From positions 59,385 to 123,384 of the forward strand of contig CAKPTA010000002.1 in the NCBI GenBank assembly GCA_934190785.1: a stretch of 64,000 nt of DNA, read 5' to 3'. Every line of letters starts with the position of its first letter. The stretch's first letter is position 1. This DNA is from an uncultured Bacilli bacterium (GTDB lineage: Bacteria > Bacillota_I > Bacilli_A > RF39 > UBA660). Below, in pieces: positions 62,177 through 64,000 of this stretch. A model generated the notes under the pieces. That model was not told the DNA's origin. It saw only the letters and a program-made list of their open reading frames with translations, and did no database searches. The position numbers were made by a program, and so were the translations under genes.

Positions 62177-64000
62177 TCATTCACTTTTTAACTCAAAAAT
62201 TATATCTCTAAGTTCCATAGCACGTTCAAAATCTAAATTTTTAGCAGCTTCACGCATTTCTTTCTCAAGATTTTCTATCATTTTGATTTTTTCTTTCTTA
62301 CTTAATTTCTCATTTTTAGGTAAACCTTCTGTATCTGTATTACTTATAACATCTCTTATCGCTTTTACAATTGTTTTAGGTGTAATATTATGTTCATTAT
62401 TATACTTAAGCTGAATTTCACGTCTTCTTTTGGTTTCTGATATAGCTTTTTTCATAGCGTCACTAATTGAATCAGCATACATAATAACATGTCCATTTGC
62501 ATTTCTTGCTGCACGACCAATTGTTTGGATTAAACTTCTATCGCTACGTAAAAATCCCTGTTTATCTGCATCCATAATAGCAATTAAGCTTACCTCAGGT
62601 ATATCAATTCCCTCTCTTAGTAAATTTATTCCAACAAGCACATCATATTTTCCTTGACGTAAATCATGAATTATTTTAAGGCGTTCTAAAGTTTTTATTT
62701 CACTGTGCAAATAAGCTACTTTAATATCCATACTTTTCAAATATGTTGTTAATTCTTCTGCCATACGAATTGTAAGAGTCGTTATAAGTACCCTCTCATT
62801 TTTTTCAATACGCAAATTTATTTCACCAATCAAATCATCAATTTGACCCTCAGATGATTTAACTTCAATTGTAGGATCTAATAATCCAGTTGGTCTAATT
62901 ATTTGCTCTACAGTATTATTATTAGTGCACTCAAGTTCATATTCTCCTGGAGTAGCTGATACAAATATTACTTGATTTATTTTTTCTTCAAATTCTTCAA
63001 ATTTTAGTGGCCTATTGTCTTTGGCACTTGGAAGACGAAAACCATAATCAACCAAAACTTGCTTTCTTGCCTGATCACCATTATACATTCCTCTAACCTG
63101 GGGTACAGTTACATGAGATTCATCAATTACAAGAAGAAAATCTTTAGGAAAAAAATCAATTAATGTTGTTGGTGTTGCTCCTGCTTCTTTTAAAGCCATA
63201 TGTCTAGAGTAATTTTCTACGCCCCTACAAGTTCCCGTTTCTGCCAACATTTCCAAATCATAATTTGTTCTTTCCATCAAACGTTGATATTCTAATAATT
63301 TATTTTCACTTTTAAAATATAAAAGTCGTTCTTTTAATTCTTCTCTTATATTAACAATTGCTTTTTGTATTTTATCTTCACTAGTAATAAAGTGACTCGC
63401 AGCAAATAAAGATATTGATTTTTTCGTTGCTAGAATACTTCCAGTTACAGTATCATATTCATATATTTTATCTATTTCATCACCAAAGAAATCAACACGG
63501 ATACATTTTCCATGTTCATTAATAGGCATTATTTCTAATATGTCTCCTCTAACTCTAAATGTACCTCTTTTTAATTCAAGATTATTTCTCTCATAAAACA
63601 TATTAATTAATTTTTCAATTACGTCATCACGTGATATTTCTTCACCTATATTTAGTGTTAACATTTTATTTCGATATTCTTCAACTTCACCTATACCATA
63701 TATACATGATACTGATGATACAACAATTACATCATCATGCGTTAAAAGTGCTGATGTAGCACTGTGTCTTAATTCATCTATTTCATCATTTATAGATGCA
63801 TCTTTTTCTATATATGTGTCAGTTTTAGCGACATATGCCTCAGGTTGATAATAATCATAATAAGATACAAAATATTCAACTCTGTTTTCTGGAAATAACT
63901 CTTTTAACTCCGAATAAAGTTGCCCAGCTAAAGTTTTATTATGAGCTAAAACTAAGGTTGGTTTATTAACTTGTTCTATAACATTTGCGATTGTGAATGT
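62177..64000 (-). CDS. uvrB: excinuclease ABC subunit B (N-terminus beyond right edge)
   Basis: The frame stays open upstream of the track's internal Met to the window edge ([29 protein letters not shown]..). VIDESHVT box and C-terminal UVR motif [11 protein letters not shown]. Confidence 0.95.
   Translation of the reverse strand, partial: TFTIANVIEQVNKPTLVLAHNKTLAGQLYSELKELFPENRVEYFVSYYDYYQPEAYVAKTDTYIEKDASINDEIDELRHSATSALLTHDDVIVVSSVSCIYGIGEVEEYRNKMLTLNIGEEISRDDVIEKLINMFYERNNLELKRGTFRVRGDILEIMPINEHGKCIRVDFFGDEIDKIYEYDTVTGSILATKKSISLFAASHFITSEDKIQKAIVNIREELKERLLYFKSENKLLEYQRLMERTNYDLEMLAETGTCRGVENYSRHMALKEAGATPTTLIDFFPKDFLLVIDESHVTVPQVRGMYNGDQARKQVLVDYGFRLPSAKDNRPLKFEEFEEKINQVIFVSATPGEYELECTNNNTVEQIIRPTGLLDPTIEVKSSEGQIDDLIGEINLRIEKNERVLITTLTIRMAEELTTYLKSMDIKVAYLHSEIKTLERLKIIHDLRQGKYDVLVGINLLREGIDIPEVSLIAIMDADKQGFLRSDRSLIQTIGRAARNANGHVIMYADSISDAMKKAISETKRRREIQLKYNNEHNITPKTIVKAIRDVISNTDTEGLPKNEKLSKKEKIKMIENLEKEMREAAKNLDFERAMELRDIIFELKSE

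Noticed and set aside
1-64000. CRISPR arrays, IS elements/transposases, rRNA genes, group II introns, reverse transcriptases.
   Set aside because: No regularly spaced direct repeats, no transposase-like ORFs and no rRNA-like GC-rich segments were seen. The only RNA gene found is tRNA-His.

Overview
Very AT-rich low-GC Firmicute chromosome segment, with almost all genes on the minus strand. The sporulation genes (spoIID, spoIIQ-like, spoIIID, spoIIR, cotJB/cotJC, whiA) point to a spore-former of the Clostridia/Erysipelotrichia type. That placement is inference only; no genus can be assigned from this window.

Layout:
- (1) 1-6417: a phage-like integrative element abutting the 3' end of secA. 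It carries a tyrosine integrase, a Rep-like winged-helix protein, an HTH repressor with a four-copy 16-bp operator, a MazF-type toxin, an element-borne Csp and an ArpU-like regulator.
- (2) 6.4-10 kb: core genes secA, hpf, csp.
- (3) 10.2-13.7 kb: an agr-like quorum-sensing locus. Its 41-codon AgrD precursor is missing from the supplied ORF track. A solitary AbiEi-like gene sits beside it.
- (4) 13.8-28.4 kb: Ca-type P-type ATPase, feoAB, a helicase-IV-like/addB/addA operon, two unknown ORFs, and a small alarmone synthetase.
- (5) 28.5-33.6 kb: a variable stretch with a thioester-domain (TED) surface adhesin, tRNA-His, an orphan LytTR regulator paralog, cotJ genes and a divergent XRE pair.
- (6) 33.6-64 kb: housekeeping, cell-envelope and sporulation genes with Bacillus-like synteny. 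These include typA, mbl-spoIIID-spoIIQ-spoIID, rpmE, a MurJ-family flippase plus four FemAB paralogs, murA-fba, spoIIR, rlmH, dnaB-rplI-DHH, whiA, trxB, lgt and uvrB.

I do not see an obvious, complete, previously undescribed multi-gene defence system. The best leads are the unannotated AgrD with its LytTR circuitry, the secA-adjacent element (operator switch, MazF with a non-canonical partner), the TED adhesin islet with a long inverted repeat upstream, and the four-gene FemAB cluster. All functional calls rest on motif recognition by eye; no database search was run.
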